From Betaproteobacteria bacterium (GTDB lineage Bacteria > Pseudomonadota > Gammaproteobacteria > Burkholderiales > Usitatibacteraceae), in the NCBI GenBank assembly GCA_031414995.1, contig JANOQY010000427.1, positions 1-64,000 of the forward strand: 64,000 nucleotides of DNA, given 5' to 3'. Position numbers and translations under genes: made by a program. The notes below the pieces were generated by a model. The model was not told where the DNA came from and ran no database searches. It saw only the letters and a program-made list of their open reading frames with translations. Of the stretch, positions 46,475 to 56,434 are shown piece by piece. Within the stretch, counting starts at the first letter, position 1. Each line of letters opens with the position of its first letter.

Positions 46475-47914
46475 ATGGCCGATGGCTCCGAGGTCGATGT
46501 GTCGCCGACGCGAAACCGCTTCGGAGCCTACCTGAACGCAGCCCAGACACACGTTGCCGCAGCCGAACCCTACGCAGTTCGTGGTCGGCTTACGCGAGTG
46601 GCGGGGCTGGTGATGGAGGCGGTTGGATTAAAGCTGCCTGTGGGTAGTACCTGCACCATCGTTCAGGATCAGGGCCAACACGTTGACGCAGAGGTGGTCG
46701 GTTTTGCCAATGACCGTCTGTTTCTCATGCCCACTTCCGACGTCCATGGCTTGCTGCCCGGCGCGCTGGTGGTCCCGGGCGAGCCCCCAATCACGCCGCC
46801 AGAAATCAACCAGCCGCATCACCCGTGGCGTCGTGCTGTTGATCGTACCCGTCATCTACCCATGGGAAGTGGCCTGCTTGGAAGAGTCGTTGATTCGAAT
46901 GGATACAGCCTTGATCATTTGGGTCCTTTGCTGATGACCTCGCGTCGGCCCTTGCGCAGTCGGCCTGTCAACCCAATCGACCGGGAACCAATTTCTCAAG
47001 TTCTCGACACTGGCGTGCGTGCGATCAATGCATTGCTCGCTGTCGGACGCGGCCAGCGCATTGGCCTGTTTTCCGGTTCAGGCGTCGGCAAGAGTGTACT
47101 GCTCGGCATGATGGCGCGTTACACCAGCGCCGATGTGATTGTGGTCGGATTAATTGGTGAACGTGGACGTGAAGTTAAGGAGTTCATCGAGAATATTCTT
47201 GGGCCGGAGGGTCTTGCGCGTGCCGTTGTGGTGGCGGCACCTGCGGATACACCGCCGCTGCTGCGCATGCAGGGTGCCACCTACGCCACCGCCATCGCCG
47301 AGTATTTTCGCGACCAGGGCAAGCACGTGTTGCTGCTATTGGATTCCCTGACCCGCTACGCCATGGCACAGCGCGAAATCGCATTGGCAGTCGGGGAACC
47401 ACCCGCAACCAAAGGCTACCCTCCCTCGGTGTTTGCCAAGCTGCCGGCGCTGGTTGAGCGTGCTGGCAATGGTCTTAACGGTCGAGGCTCGATCACCGCC
47501 TTCTATACGGTGCTCGCCGAAGGCGACGACCAGCAGGACCCGATCGCAGACAGCGCACGCGCGATTTTGGACGGTCATTTTGTACTTACTCGCGCGCTTG
47601 CCGAGCAGGGACATTTTCCGGCAATCGACATCGAGCAATCCATCTCGCGCGTGATGCACAACATCGTCGATCCAATTCAGGAAAAAAATGCGCGCAAATT
47701 ACGCATGTTGTACTCGCGCTATCAGAAAAATCGCGATTTGATCAACTTGGGCGCATATATCGCGGGCAGTGATCCGCAGGTCGATGCGGCGATCGCACTA
47801 CAACCGCGCATCGAAGCTTTCCTGCAACAAGGCATGCGCGAATGCGCCAGCTATGCCGACAGCCAACTTGCACTCAACCAACTACTGGCCGATGTTCCGG
47901 TCTCAATGAGGTAG
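46475..47914 (+). CDS. fliI: Flagellum-specific ATPase FliI
   Basis: Walker [13 protein letters not shown] and Walker [14 protein letters not shown] took ATG 46475 as the start, with 46457 as an alternative. The ORF-track start at 46313 lies inside fliH. Confidence 0.96.
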   Translation: MADGSEVDVSPTRNRFGAYLNAAQTHVAAAEPYAVRGRLTRVAGLVMEAVGLKLPVGSTCTIVQDQGQHVDAEVVGFANDRLFLMPTSDVHGLLPGALVVPGEPPITPPEINQPHHPWRRAVDRTRHLPMGSGLLGRVVDSNGYSLDHLGPLLMTSRRPLRSRPVNPIDREPISQVLDTGVRAINALLAVGRGQRIGLFSGSGVGKSVLLGMMARYTSADVIVVGLIGERGREVKEFIENILGPEGLARAVVVAAPADTPPLLRMQGATYATAIAEYFRDQGKHVLLLLDSLTRYAMAQREIALAVGEPPATKGYPPSVFAKLPALVERAGNGLNGRGSITAFYTVLAEGDDQQDPIADSARAILDGHFVLTRALAEQGHFPAIDIEQSISRVMHNIVDPIQEKNARKLRMLYSRYQKNRDLINLGAYIAGSDPQVDAAIALQPRIEAFLQQGMRECASYADSQLALNQLLADVPVSMR

Positions 47915-47919
47915 TAAAA

Positions 47920-48387
47920 ATGTCGACAAGGCCATCTCTGGATTTGGTTATTCACGTCTCCACCGACCGCCGAAATGGCGCTGCGTTGGGGCTCGCAGGA
48001 TCGCGCCGCCAAACCGACGAGGCAAAACGCAAACATGAAATGCTAGCCCGCTATCGCCAGGACTATCTATCCCGTACCAACGGTGGTGACGCAGATGGCA
48101 ACACCGATCCGGTACGCATTGCCAACACCCGCGCATTCATTGCCAAGCTCGAACATGCCATCGCCCAGCAGTATTGCGAAGTTGAGGCATGTGAATCGTA
48201 TTCGAATGCCTGCTTTCATTTATTAAGCGCGGAAGAGAAGAAATTGAAATCACTGGAAATGCTGCGTGATCGCCGCGCCAAGGAAGCCATCCGCACAGAA
48301 GGACGACTTGAGCAGAAACGCAACGATGAGTGTGGCGCGCGCGCCGCACGCAACGGCGGCGCAACCCTCGACTACCGGGCCGCTTGA
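47920..48387 (+). CDS. fliJ: Flagellar export chaperone/stalk protein FliJ
   Basis: 155-aa coiled-coil protein after fliI with a GAGG SD (KRKHEMLARYRQDYL). Confidence 0.78.
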   Translation: MSTRPSLDLVIHVSTDRRNGAALGLAGSRRQTDEAKRKHEMLARYRQDYLSRTNGGDADGNTDPVRIANTRAFIAKLEHAIAQQYCEVEACESYSNACFHLLSAEEKKLKSLEMLRDRRAKEAIRTEGRLEQKRNDECGARAARNGGATLDYRAA

Positions 48388-48395
48388 TTGCGCAA

Positions 48396-48424
48396 CCCTC
48401 TCCACATCCCTCTCCACATCCCTC
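48396..48424. repeat. Short tandem repeat (12-mer ccctctccacat, about 2.4 copies) in the fliJ-fliK gap
   Basis: ccctctccacat ccctctccacat ccctc, read directly from the sequence. Confidence 0.8.
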
Positions 48425-48442
48425 AACACGCAAGAAAGCTTC

Positions 48443-49687
48443 ATGATGGATACATTGCAATCATTTACCGCGCCACCTTTTGCTAAAATCTCATCTGCAA
48501 AAAATTTCTCTCCCGGTATGTCGAGAATCGACCATGCAGCAGCGGGATTTTCTGAAGCACTCGCCCAGCTGACCGAACTGACCACTGCCAGCGCCGCGTC
48601 TGTGACGCGCGAACTCTCCACTCTCTCGCCGGGAAAAAATCTGGACGCAGAGGATAACGCAGATACGCCTCACCCAGATGCGGTCGTTGGCGTCGATATT
48701 GCCGCACTAATTTGCCTCGCAACGCCGGAGCCAACCCTTACTCCGCTGTGTATTTCCAACAAGGCCTCTATCGACGACTCAAGCATCGCTTTACTAACGA
48801 CCGTAAATGAAGATGCGTCTGTCAACGCTTCGCTCCCGCCTATTCCAATTACTAACGCCAAAACAGTTGTACCTGGCGGTCAGGTCAAGCCTTTGCCGGA
48901 GGCGTTAGTCACGATCTCGAATGAGCCGCTTCTGGAAACCCCAATCATCGCCGCGCCTCAAGTTGATATCACAAGTCGCACTTCCCCTCTTGTGCAAGAG
49001 GATGCCGCTATCGGCGACGGCGCTTCCCAAGAGGCTGCTGGAGATCGCAGCGAAAGCAGCACCATGAGCCCTCGAGTCAAATTACAGGCTTTAAGCAGCA
49101 TTGACACCCCGCCACAAGTCAGCGAGAAAAACCAATCCACGCACCAGTTGGTGGAAATGGTCCCAATCGCGAACCTCGCCGCAGGAAATACAGCGCATGC
49201 AGTGGTCGCAAACGGTGCCATTGGCCCGGCAGCGACACTACTGGTGCCCACGCATGTGGAGAGTCCCGCTTGGAGCAAGGATTTTGGCCAGCACGTCATC
49301 CGCTTGGCGGTCAACGGACAACCCGCAGCAGAAATCCACCTTAACCCTCCTGAGTTGGGACCCATTCGCGTATCTATCGAAATGAACGGCAGGGATGCCA
49401 CGCTGCAATTGTCCGCAGAGCATTTGCAGACACGTGAAGCCTTGGAGAGCGCATTGCCGCGCCTTCGTGAGATGTTTGCAGCAAGCAGCACTAACCTCGC
49501 TGATGCCAATGTCACCAGCCAGTCGCCTTCGTCCTCGCAACACGCTTTCGGCTCACCTGGACGACGTTTCGACCAGCAGGGAACACCACGTGGCGCGCGC
49601 GCGCTGGCTGTGGAAGACGCAGCGCCCGAGAGTGTTTCGAAGGTACGGCCGAGCGCCGACCGCTCACGGGTAGATTTGTTTGCTTAA
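48443..49687 (+). CDS. fliK: Flagellar hook-length control protein FliK
   Basis: A low-complexity Pro/Ala/Ser-rich centre and a conserved C-terminal Flg_hook domain (PPELGPIRVSIEMNGRDATLQLSAEHLQTREALESALPRLREMF). Start at the internal ATG 48443. Confidence 0.85.
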   Translation: MMDTLQSFTAPPFAKISSAKNFSPGMSRIDHAAAGFSEALAQLTELTTASAASVTRELSTLSPGKNLDAEDNADTPHPDAVVGVDIAALICLATPEPTLTPLCISNKASIDDSSIALLTTVNEDASVNASLPPIPITNAKTVVPGGQVKPLPEALVTISNEPLLETPIIAAPQVDITSRTSPLVQEDAAIGDGASQEAAGDRSESSTMSPRVKLQALSSIDTPPQVSEKNQSTHQLVEMVPIANLAAGNTAHAVVANGAIGPAATLLVPTHVESPAWSKDFGQHVIRLAVNGQPAAEIHLNPPELGPIRVSIEMNGRDATLQLSAEHLQTREALESALPRLREMFAASSTNLADANVTSQSPSSSQHAFGSPGRRFDQQGTPRGARALAVEDAAPESVSKVRPSADRSRVDLFA

Positions 49688-49870
49688 CGCGTTCAGGTTT
49701 GTCGGGAAATTACTCGGCAAAGCGCAAAAGTAAGCCGCTTTTTCCGGCCTTTTCGAGCGATGGAAGCAACCCGGTTTTCCCCATAATTTCGTGCATGACG
49801 TAGCGATTTTGTGATGTTGCTGACGTCGTTTTTTAGTCCCTCCTCCCCAAAACCAGCACGGAGAATATTC

Positions 49871-50377
49871 ATGGCAAACGCCGCGGTCGCAACCGCTTCA
49901 GATACTGATTCTCAACCTCCAAAGGGCAAAAGCCGCAAATTGATTGTCATCGGCGCGATTGTGGCGATGCTGGCTGTTGGCGGCGGCGCTGCCTACTATT
50001 TCCTCGCACACAAAAAGCCACCCGCTGACGACACCAAAGCGGCAGAGAAGGCAGTGCGCAAACCGATGGTGTATCTTGCAATGGATACGTTTACCGTCAA
50101 TCTGCGCGCCGCGGAGGAAGAGCGCTTCCTGCAAGTGACGATCAACCTTGAGGCCATCGATACCATTACGGTCGACGCCATCAAACAACAAATGCCATCG
50201 GTGCGTAACCGTGTACTGCTGTTACTTTCTAGCAAATCTGTAGCCGACCTGCTGTCGCGTGAAGGCAAGGAAAAACTGTCTGCAGAGATCGCGGAAGAGC
50301 TACGCAAAACGCTGGATGGCGCCGGCCCCAATAAGGGTCTGGAGCAAGTGTTGTTTTCCCACTTCGTCATCCAGTAA
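49871..50377 (+). CDS. fliL: Flagellar basal body-associated protein FliL
   Basis: 168 aa from ATG 49871 (GGAG SD), with a single TM segment (LIVIGAIVAMLAVGGGAAYYFL) and VYLAMDTFTVNL. Confidence 0.88.
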   Translation: MANAAVATASDTDSQPPKGKSRKLIVIGAIVAMLAVGGGAAYYFLAHKKPPADDTKAAEKAVRKPMVYLAMDTFTVNLRAAEEERFLQVTINLEAIDTITVDAIKQQMPSVRNRVLLLLSSKSVADLLSREGKEKLSAEIAEELRKTLDGAGPNKGLEQVLFSHFVIQ

Positions 50378-50384
50378 GTCTGCC

Positions 50385-51389
50385 GTGGCTGCCGAACAAT
50401 ACCTTTCGCAAGACGAAGTCGATGCCCTACTTGACGGCGTCGCTGACGAGAGCCAACCGGCCGCCGCCGACACGCCTGAAAGCGGCGCGCAAGCGTACGA
50501 TTTGGCGAATCAGGCACGCGTCGTACGCGGGCGCATGCCCACGCTCGAAATCATCAACGAGCGCTTTGTGCGCAACTTGCGGGTCGGCATATACAATTTT
50601 ATGCGCCGAACGCCGGAGATCTCAGTAGGCCCGGTGCGAGTGCTGAAATACAGCGCGTTCCTGCGTGACATCGTGGTACCGACCAACATCAATATCGTGC
50701 AGCTAAAGCCGCTGCGCGGAAACGGCCTGTTCATCTTCGATCCGAAGCTGGTGTTCACCGTGATTGACAGTCTGTTCGGCGGGTCAGGCCGTTTTCACAC
50801 CAACATCGAGGGTCGCGACTTTACGCAGACTGAGCAACGCATCATCCATCGCCTGCTGGACGTAACGTTCGTCGAATACCGTAAGGCGTGGGCCAGTGTC
50901 TACCCGATGAATTTCGAGTACACGCGTTCTGAAATGCACACCCAGTTCGCCAACGTGGCCAAACCTTCCGACACTGTCGTGACCACCACGTTTTCTATCG
51001 AGCTGGGCGATTCGAGTGGCGAAATGTTTATCTGCATGCCCTACTCGTCGCTGGAACCGATTCGCGAACTGCTTTGCAACAGTTTGCAGGACGACACCCA
51101 GGAGCCCGACAAGCGTTGGCTAACAATGCTCACCCGGCAGGTGCAGGCTGCTGAGATCGAGTTGACCGCTGAATTGGCACACAGTCAGGCGACCGTAGAG
51201 CAGCTGTTGCGCCTCAACGTCGGTGATTTCATCGAGTTCGACCTTCAACCTTCCATCGTTACCAAGGTCGATGGCGTGCCCTTGTTCGATGCAGATTACG
51301 GTGTGGTCAACGGCCACTACGCAGTGAAGATTAATGAATTTCTGACTGCATCGCAGGAAGACAACTTAGCTGGAGCAAATCATGCCTGA
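50385..51389 (+). CDS. fliM: Flagellar motor switch protein FliM
   Basis: N-terminal CheY-P-binding motif LSQDEVDALL. GTG 50385 lies 8 nt after the fliL stop; the ORF-track start at 50259 lies inside fliL. Confidence 0.94.
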   Translation: MAAEQYLSQDEVDALLDGVADESQPAAADTPESGAQAYDLANQARVVRGRMPTLEIINERFVRNLRVGIYNFMRRTPEISVGPVRVLKYSAFLRDIVVPTNINIVQLKPLRGNGLFIFDPKLVFTVIDSLFGGSGRFHTNIEGRDFTQTEQRIIHRLLDVTFVEYRKAWASVYPMNFEYTRSEMHTQFANVAKPSDTVVTTTFSIELGDSSGEMFICMPYSSLEPIRELLCNSLQDDTQEPDKRWLTMLTRQVQAAEIELTAELAHSQATVEQLLRLNVGDFIEFDLQPSIVTKVDGVPLFDADYGVVNGHYAVKINEFLTASQEDNLAGANHA

Positions 51390-51801
51390 AGAAACACAAA
51401 CGGCCGTTTCAGCCGATGATTGGGCGACGGCCGCCGCCGAACAGCGTGGCGATGTGACGCCGACCGAGTTGGTTGATCCCATTGCATCGGGCAAGGCGGC
51501 GATCTTTCAACGGCTTACCGGCAACGGTGCCGAGGTGCACAACGACATTGACCTGATACTGGATATTCCCGTGCAGCTCACTGTCGAGCTGGGCCGCACC
51601 CGCATTCCCATCAAACATATTCTGCAACTAGCTCAGGGCTCGGTCATTGAGCTCGATGCGTTGGCAGGCGAACCGATGGATGTGCTGGTCAACGGCTGTC
51701 TCATCGCACAAGGTGAAGTGGTCGTAGTCAATGAAAAATTTGGCGTGCGCCTCACGGATGTGACGACGCAGTCCGAACGTATACGTCGGTTGAAACGGTA
51801 G
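51382..51801 (+). CDS. fliN: Flagellar motor switch protein FliN
   Basis: SpoA domain IELDALAGEPMDVLVNGCLIAQGEVVVVNEKFGVRLTDV; 139 aa. Confidence 0.96.
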   Translation: MPEETQTAVSADDWATAAAEQRGDVTPTELVDPIASGKAAIFQRLTGNGAEVHNDIDLILDIPVQLTVELGRTRIPIKHILQLAQGSVIELDALAGEPMDVLVNGCLIAQGEVVVVNEKFGVRLTDVTTQSERIRRLKR

Positions 51802-52209
51802 GTGCGATTGAACATGTTGCTAAAACTGGTCGCCGGTTGCGGACTCATCATGACCAGCAATCTGGCGGTCGCTGCCACCGAATCGACGATGCCGGTGATG
51901 TCGACACTGGTCTCGCTGATTGTTGTACTGGCTGTCATCGGCGTGGTCGCGTTTTTGGTCAAGCGTCTGGGTCCGGGCGGCACGCCGCAGACGCGCCTAA
52001 TGCGCGTCGTCAGTCAACTGCCGCTCGGTGCGCGCGAAAAGATCAGCATCGTCGAGCTGGATGATCAGTGGCTGGTACTTGGTGTGACCTCGCAGCAGAT
52101 CACGCTGTTGACGCAGATCCCGCGCAAGGTGGGTGCTGTAGCGCCAGCGCAGATACTCAATTTTTCAACGTTGTTCAAATCGGCGCTTGGGAAACATGAT
52201 GCGACGTAG
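51802..52209 (+). CDS. fliO: Flagellar export protein FliO
   Basis: Small single-TM protein between fliN and fliP ([21 protein letters not shown]). GTG 51802 abuts the fliN stop; ATG 51814 is an alternative start. Confidence 0.72.
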   Translation: MRLNMLLKLVAGCGLIMTSNLAVAATESTMPVMSTLVSLIVVLAVIGVVAFLVKRLGPGGTPQTRLMRVVSQLPLGAREKISIVELDDQWLVLGVTSQQITLLTQIPRKVGAVAPAQILNFSTLFKSALGKHDAT

Positions 52210-52960
52210 CGCAACATTTGCCGCCTCGGCGCTTGCACTGATCCTTCTGTCCGGTGCTGCATGCGCCGCGCCGGAGGCAAGCGGCACAATATTGGGCTTC
52301 AATACCTCGCCCACGACCGGTGGTGGTCAGAATTATTCGGTGCCGGTGCAAACGCTACTATTTTTTACAGCACTCACCTTTATCCCGGCTATCTTGCTGA
52401 TGATGACGGGCTTTACTCGCATCATTATCGTCATGTCTTTGTTACGGCACGCGCTGGGCACGCAGACCACGCCGCCAAACCAGGTGCTGATCGGGTTATC
52501 ACTATTCCTGACCATGTTTGTGATGGGCCCGGTAATCGACAAAGTGCACACGGAAGCGTATCTGCCTTTCACGCAACAAAAAATTAGTCTTGATGAGGCG
52601 ATTTCCCGGGGCGAAAAGCCGCTGAAATCGTTCATGCTCAAACAGATTCGCGATCCTGATCTCGCGTTATTTGCCAAGCTCGCGCGTTACGAGGGTGCAC
52701 GCAACGCCGAGACACTACCGCTTCGCATCATCGTCCCAGCTTTCATCACGAGTGAACTCAAAACAGCGTTCCAAATCGGCTTCATGATTTTCATCCCGTT
52801 TCTTATTATCGACATGGTCGTAGCCAGCGTGCTGATGTCGATGGGCATGATGATGGTATCGCCGGTGCTCGTCTCGTTACCGTTCAAGCTCATGTTGTTC
52901 GTACTCGCCGATGGCTGGAACCTGCTGGTGAGCTCGCTCGTGGCCAGTTTTGCCGTCTAA
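52196..52960 (+). CDS. fliP: Flagellar export gate protein FliP
   Basis: [31 protein letters not shown] and [19 protein letters not shown]. First ATG at 52196; the ORF-track start at 52187 is TTG. Confidence 0.96.
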   Translation: MMRRSATFAASALALILLSGAACAAPEASGTILGFNTSPTTGGGQNYSVPVQTLLFFTALTFIPAILLMMTGFTRIIIVMSLLRHALGTQTTPPNQVLIGLSLFLTMFVMGPVIDKVHTEAYLPFTQQKISLDEAISRGEKPLKSFMLKQIRDPDLALFAKLARYEGARNAETLPLRIIVPAFITSELKTAFQIGFMIFIPFLIIDMVVASVLMSMGMMMVSPVLVSLPFKLMLFVLADGWNLLVSSLVASFAV

Positions 52961-52969
52961 GGAAAATAG

Positions 52970-53239
52970 ATGAATCCGCAAAGCGTGATCACGTTGGCCC
53001 AGCAAGGGATGGAGGTCATGCTCGTCGTGGGCGCGCCGTTGTTGCTTGCCGCACTGATTACCGGCTTGCTGGTGAGTATTTTTCAGGCTGCCACCCAGAT
53101 CAATGAAGCCAGCCTGTCCTTTCTGCCCAAGCTGTTGGCGATACTTGCCACACTCGTGATCGCCGGGCCGTGGATGATTCAATTGTTGGTGGAATACATG
53201 CAGCGGTTATTTACCAGTATCCCGTCGGCAATCGGCTGA
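52970..53239 (+). CDS. fliQ: Flagellar export gate protein FliQ
   Basis: 89 aa: VSIFQAATQINEASLSFLPKL. Confidence 0.95.
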   Translation: MNPQSVITLAQQGMEVMLVVGAPLLLAALITGLLVSIFQAATQINEASLSFLPKLLAILATLVIAGPWMIQLLVEYMQRLFTSIPSAIG

Positions 53240-53249
53240 ACGCTCCATC

Positions 53250-54014
53250 ATGCTGACCTTTTCTGCCGATCAGCTGATGGGGTGGGTCGGCTTGTACCTG
53301 TGGCCGTTCCTGCGGGTGCTGGCGTTGTTCATGGCGGCACCGCTGTTTTCAGACCGCGCAATACCGATGCGCGTAAAGATCGGCCTCGGCGTGGCGGTCG
53401 CCATCGTGATCGCACCGACACTGCCGCTGCAACAACAGGTTTCGCTCGATTCTGCGCAAACATTTCCGCTGGTCATCCAGCAAGTGCTTATCGGTCTGGC
53501 ATTAGGTTTCATGGTGCGGCTCGTGATGGCCGGAATCAAAATGGCAGGTGAGCTGATCGGCTTGCAGATGGGCCTCTCCTTCGCTGGATTTTTCGATCCA
53601 CAAAGCCAGCAAGGCGGCACTGCCGTCGGTAGTTGGTTGGGCTTGATCGCAATGCTGATGTTCCTTGGTATCAACGGCCATTTGCTGCTCATCCACACCT
53701 TGGCCGACAGCTTCCGGATTTTTCCCATCGGCACTGGTGCGTTCACGATTAACGACATCAAGAGCCTCGTCGCCGCCGGTGCCGATATGTTTAGGCTGGG
53801 GCTGCAACTGGCGCTGCCGTTTATCGCGGTGCTGCTGATCGTCAATCTGGCGCTGGGTGTGATGGTGAGAGTGGCGCCGCAGCTAAACCTGATGTCGGTC
53901 GGCATGCCCGCCACCATCACGACCGGCTTTGCCAGCCTCTATCTGCTGCTACCCTACCTTGAGCAGCCGCTCACGCGCGCGCTGGAACGCAGCCTGACGG
54001 GCTTGAGTCGGTGA
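53250..54014 (+). CDS. fliR: Flagellar export gate protein FliR
   Basis: 254 aa, polytopic, last gene of the fliL-R block. Confidence 0.92.
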   Translation: MLTFSADQLMGWVGLYLWPFLRVLALFMAAPLFSDRAIPMRVKIGLGVAVAIVIAPTLPLQQQVSLDSAQTFPLVIQQVLIGLALGFMVRLVMAGIKMAGELIGLQMGLSFAGFFDPQSQQGGTAVGSWLGLIAMLMFLGINGHLLLIHTLADSFRIFPIGTGAFTINDIKSLVAAGADMFRLGLQLALPFIAVLLIVNLALGVMVRVAPQLNLMSVGMPATITTGFASLYLLLPYLEQPLTRALERSLTGLSR

Positions 54015-54049
54015 GGTTACTTTCGCTGGTGATTTAATCGGTAAATTTT

Positions 54050-54115
54050 TAAACACCAGCATTGGCGGGTCTTTCCGAGCAATACCGGCCTGCGATGCCC
54101 GCCAATACTAGAGCT
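54050..54115. repeat. REP-like palindromic intergenic repeat, copy 4 of 5
   Basis: taaacaccagcattggcgggt-N27-gcccgccaatactagagctt. It lies between the convergent fliR end and the end of a response regulator gene. Confidence 0.75.
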
Positions 54116-54157
54116 TACGTTTTTTCCTCTGCGGTTCTGCGACACCCGCGCCGCAAT

Positions 54158-54823
54158 TCAGGAATCCGCGTTGTCCACGCTAATCAGGCCTTGTCGGATG
54201 GCATAAAGCACCAGGCCCGGGATATCGTGAATACCGAGGCGGTCCATCAACGCGGCGCGATGAGTTTCCACCGTTTTTACGCTGACGGTAAGTTGGTAGG
54301 CGATTTCCTTGGTGCTTTTTCCTTCTGCGATGAGCTGCAGAATCTCACGCTGCCGTGCTGTCAATGCATCCATCGACGATTCATCCTTGCCAGGCTGGCC
54401 ATGCAGGAAACCGGAAACGACGTGTCTGGATACGCGAGGTGACAAGTAAATTTCATTACGCATCACGGCGGCAATCGCCATCTTCAGATCCAGCGGCGCG
54501 GAATCCTTGACGAGGTAACCTGCGGCTCCGGCTTTGATCGCCCGACGTACAAAATCTTCAGTCGTGTGCATCGATAAAATCAATACCTGCGCGGTCGGCA
54601 CTTCGCTCCTGATCTGGGCGGTGGCCTCGATGCCGTTGAGTTCTTTCATGGAAATATCCATGATGACGAGATCGGGTTTGTGTTGTTTCACGAGCGCGAC
54701 CGCATCGCGACCGTTGTTGGCCTCGGCGACGATTTGTGTATCACCCAATTCCAACACCAGTGCGCGAATGCCCGCCAGCACCAGCGCGTGATCATCAGCA
54801 AGCAACACGCGGATCATGCCCAT
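54158..54823 (-). CDS. NarL/FixJ-family response regulator (REC + LuxR-type HTH), paralogue of 9202-9834
   Basis: IRVLLADDHALV, DLVIMDISMKELNG, GYLVKD; HTH LTARQREILQLIAEGKSTKEIAYQLTVSVKTVETHRAALMDRLG. The alternative start ATG 54817 forms an ATGA overlap with the kinase stop. Confidence 0.9.
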   Translation of the reverse strand: MGMIRVLLADDHALVLAGIRALVLELGDTQIVAEANNGRDAVALVKQHKPDLVIMDISMKELNGIEATAQIRSEVPTAQVLILSMHTTEDFVRRAIKAGAAGYLVKDSAPLDLKMAIAAVMRNEIYLSPRVSRHVVSGFLHGQPGKDESSMDALTARQREILQLIAEGKSTKEIAYQLTVSVKTVETHRAALMDRLGIHDIPGLVLYAIRQGLISVDNADS

Positions 54824-56364
54824 AGCGTTCCTGCGATGGTCGGTTCGCGGCGCCCGTGAGCGAGTGCGCTATCCACGCTGCCTACGCTTTCGAGCGCGAA
54901 TGTTGCCTGCACCATCGTGCCCAATTCCAGGACAGTGAGAAACTTTAGCTGTCCACCGGCAAGTTGCGCACGCTCTTCCATACTGATCAACCCCAGGCTC
55001 CCGGTTTTGATGGCCTTGCTTCGCGCTGTGTCCATATCGAATCCTACGCCATTGTCACGGATCGCGAGCGTGAGGAGGCGGTCAATCAGCTCTACCCGGA
55101 TATAAATATTTTTTGCGTTCGCGTGACGGGTGGCGTTGTTAAGCGCCTCTTGGGCGATGCGATAGCACGCGCCTTCAAGCTCTGCGGGCAGGCGCTGCGA
55201 AAGGCCCGCAAATTGACACTCGACATTGATGCCTGTTGCGCTCCTCTGATGATCAGCCAGCCATTCGAGCGCGCCTTCGAGGCCGAACTGATCGAGCTGC
55301 GGTGGGCGCAGCTCAAGCGAAAGGTTGCGCAATTTATCGAGTGTGGTGTCGGCAATGCTTAAACATTCGGTGAGCAATGGCTTGTGGTCATCGCTGACGC
55401 GTTGCGCAATCCGATGCAATCCAATCTTTAGCGCCGTCAACGACTGGCCGATGTCGTCATGCAATTCACGCGAAATGTTTCGTCTTTCTTCTTCCTGAAT
55501 GCTCAGCACGCGTTTGGAGAGTGCCTGCAACCGCTTGTTCGCTTCACCCAGTGCGTGATGGGCCAGCGTGCGGTCGGTGATGTCTTCGTGCGATATCACC
55601 GCACCATCGGTACTGTCTTCCAGCGGCATCACGCGCGCCAAAAACCAGCGCGTCCCGCCCGACCCGGAGAGCTCGTATTCCATCGACGCAAAATCGCGTT
55701 CGCGATTAATCACTGATCGCATATCGTTCAAGCTGCGCTCCGCCAGTCCATCGCCGCGGTCTGCGGCCTCCTTCGCGAGATCGAGATAGTTGGTTCCAAC
55801 AGTAGCGTGCGTTTTGTACAGACGACCGCGTGCATCGTCAAAATTTTCCCAGGCTTTATTGGACGCCACAATCACACCGCGACCGTCGAGCACGGCGATG
55901 CGTGTGTTGAGTGAATTCAGAATGCCGCGCTTCATCGCCTCACTCGTGAGCAGCGCCTTTTCAGCCATCGCTTTCTGCTGGCGCGAACTGCGGCGCTCAA
56001 TCGCGGATTCGATGGCTTTCGCCAACCGTCCCAAACGGTTTTTCAGCAGGTAATCGCTGGCGCCATCCTGCATCGCCGCGACGGCGGCGTCCTCACCGAT
56101 GTGATGCGATACGACGATAAATGGAATATCGAGTTGGCGCGCTTGCAGTATTTGCAGGGCACGATCGGCGCTGAAGCGCGGCAGGTGGTAATCGCAAAGC
56201 ACCACGTCGGGTAGCGCGTCGCCAGCCAGTGCGGCACGGTACTCCTCTTCGGTTTCGACGCGGACGGAAGTGAACTTGAACGAGGCATCGCGTAGCGAAT
56301 AATGCAGCAGCTCAGCGTCGTCGGCTGAGTCTTCAACCATCAGTAGACGGTAATTCGCGCTCAT
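54814..56364 (-). CDS. REC-PAS-HisKA_3-HATPase hybrid sensor kinase (canonical H-box)
   Basis: REC (RLLMVEDSADD, VVLCDYHLPRFS). The middle region is PAS-like. The H-box is EEERRNISRELHDDIGQSLTAL, with His and DxxxQ both present. N box EALNNATRHA and G1 DNGVGFD are present. Confidence 0.9.
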   Translation of the reverse strand: MSANYRLLMVEDSADDAELLHYSLRDASFKFTSVRVETEEEYRAALAGDALPDVVLCDYHLPRFSADRALQILQARQLDIPFIVVSHHIGEDAAVAAMQDGASDYLLKNRLGRLAKAIESAIERRSSRQQKAMAEKALLTSEAMKRGILNSLNTRIAVLDGRGVIVASNKAWENFDDARGRLYKTHATVGTNYLDLAKEAADRGDGLAERSLNDMRSVINRERDFASMEYELSGSGGTRWFLARVMPLEDSTDGAVISHEDITDRTLAHHALGEANKRLQALSKRVLSIQEEERRNISRELHDDIGQSLTALKIGLHRIAQRVSDDHKPLLTECLSIADTTLDKLRNLSLELRPPQLDQFGLEGALEWLADHQRSATGINVECQFAGLSQRLPAELEGACYRIAQEALNNATRHANAKNIYIRVELIDRLLTLAIRDNGVGFDMDTARSKAIKTGSLGLISMEERAQLAGGQLKFLTVLELGTMVQATFALESVGSVDSALAHGRREPTIAGTLWA

Positions 56365-56434
56365 GACATCGCGTTTATAGGGTGCAACTTCGCAGACGAC
56401 TGAAACGCCAGAAATCCGGGGAGGTTCGCCATGA

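Noticed and set aside
48396-48424. 12-mer tandem repeat between fliJ and fliK, considered as a possible phase-variable element.
   Set aside because: There are only about 2.4 copies, it lies outside coding sequence, and it is not a homopolymer or short SSR. It is listed as a repeat feature, but I see no reason to attach function.
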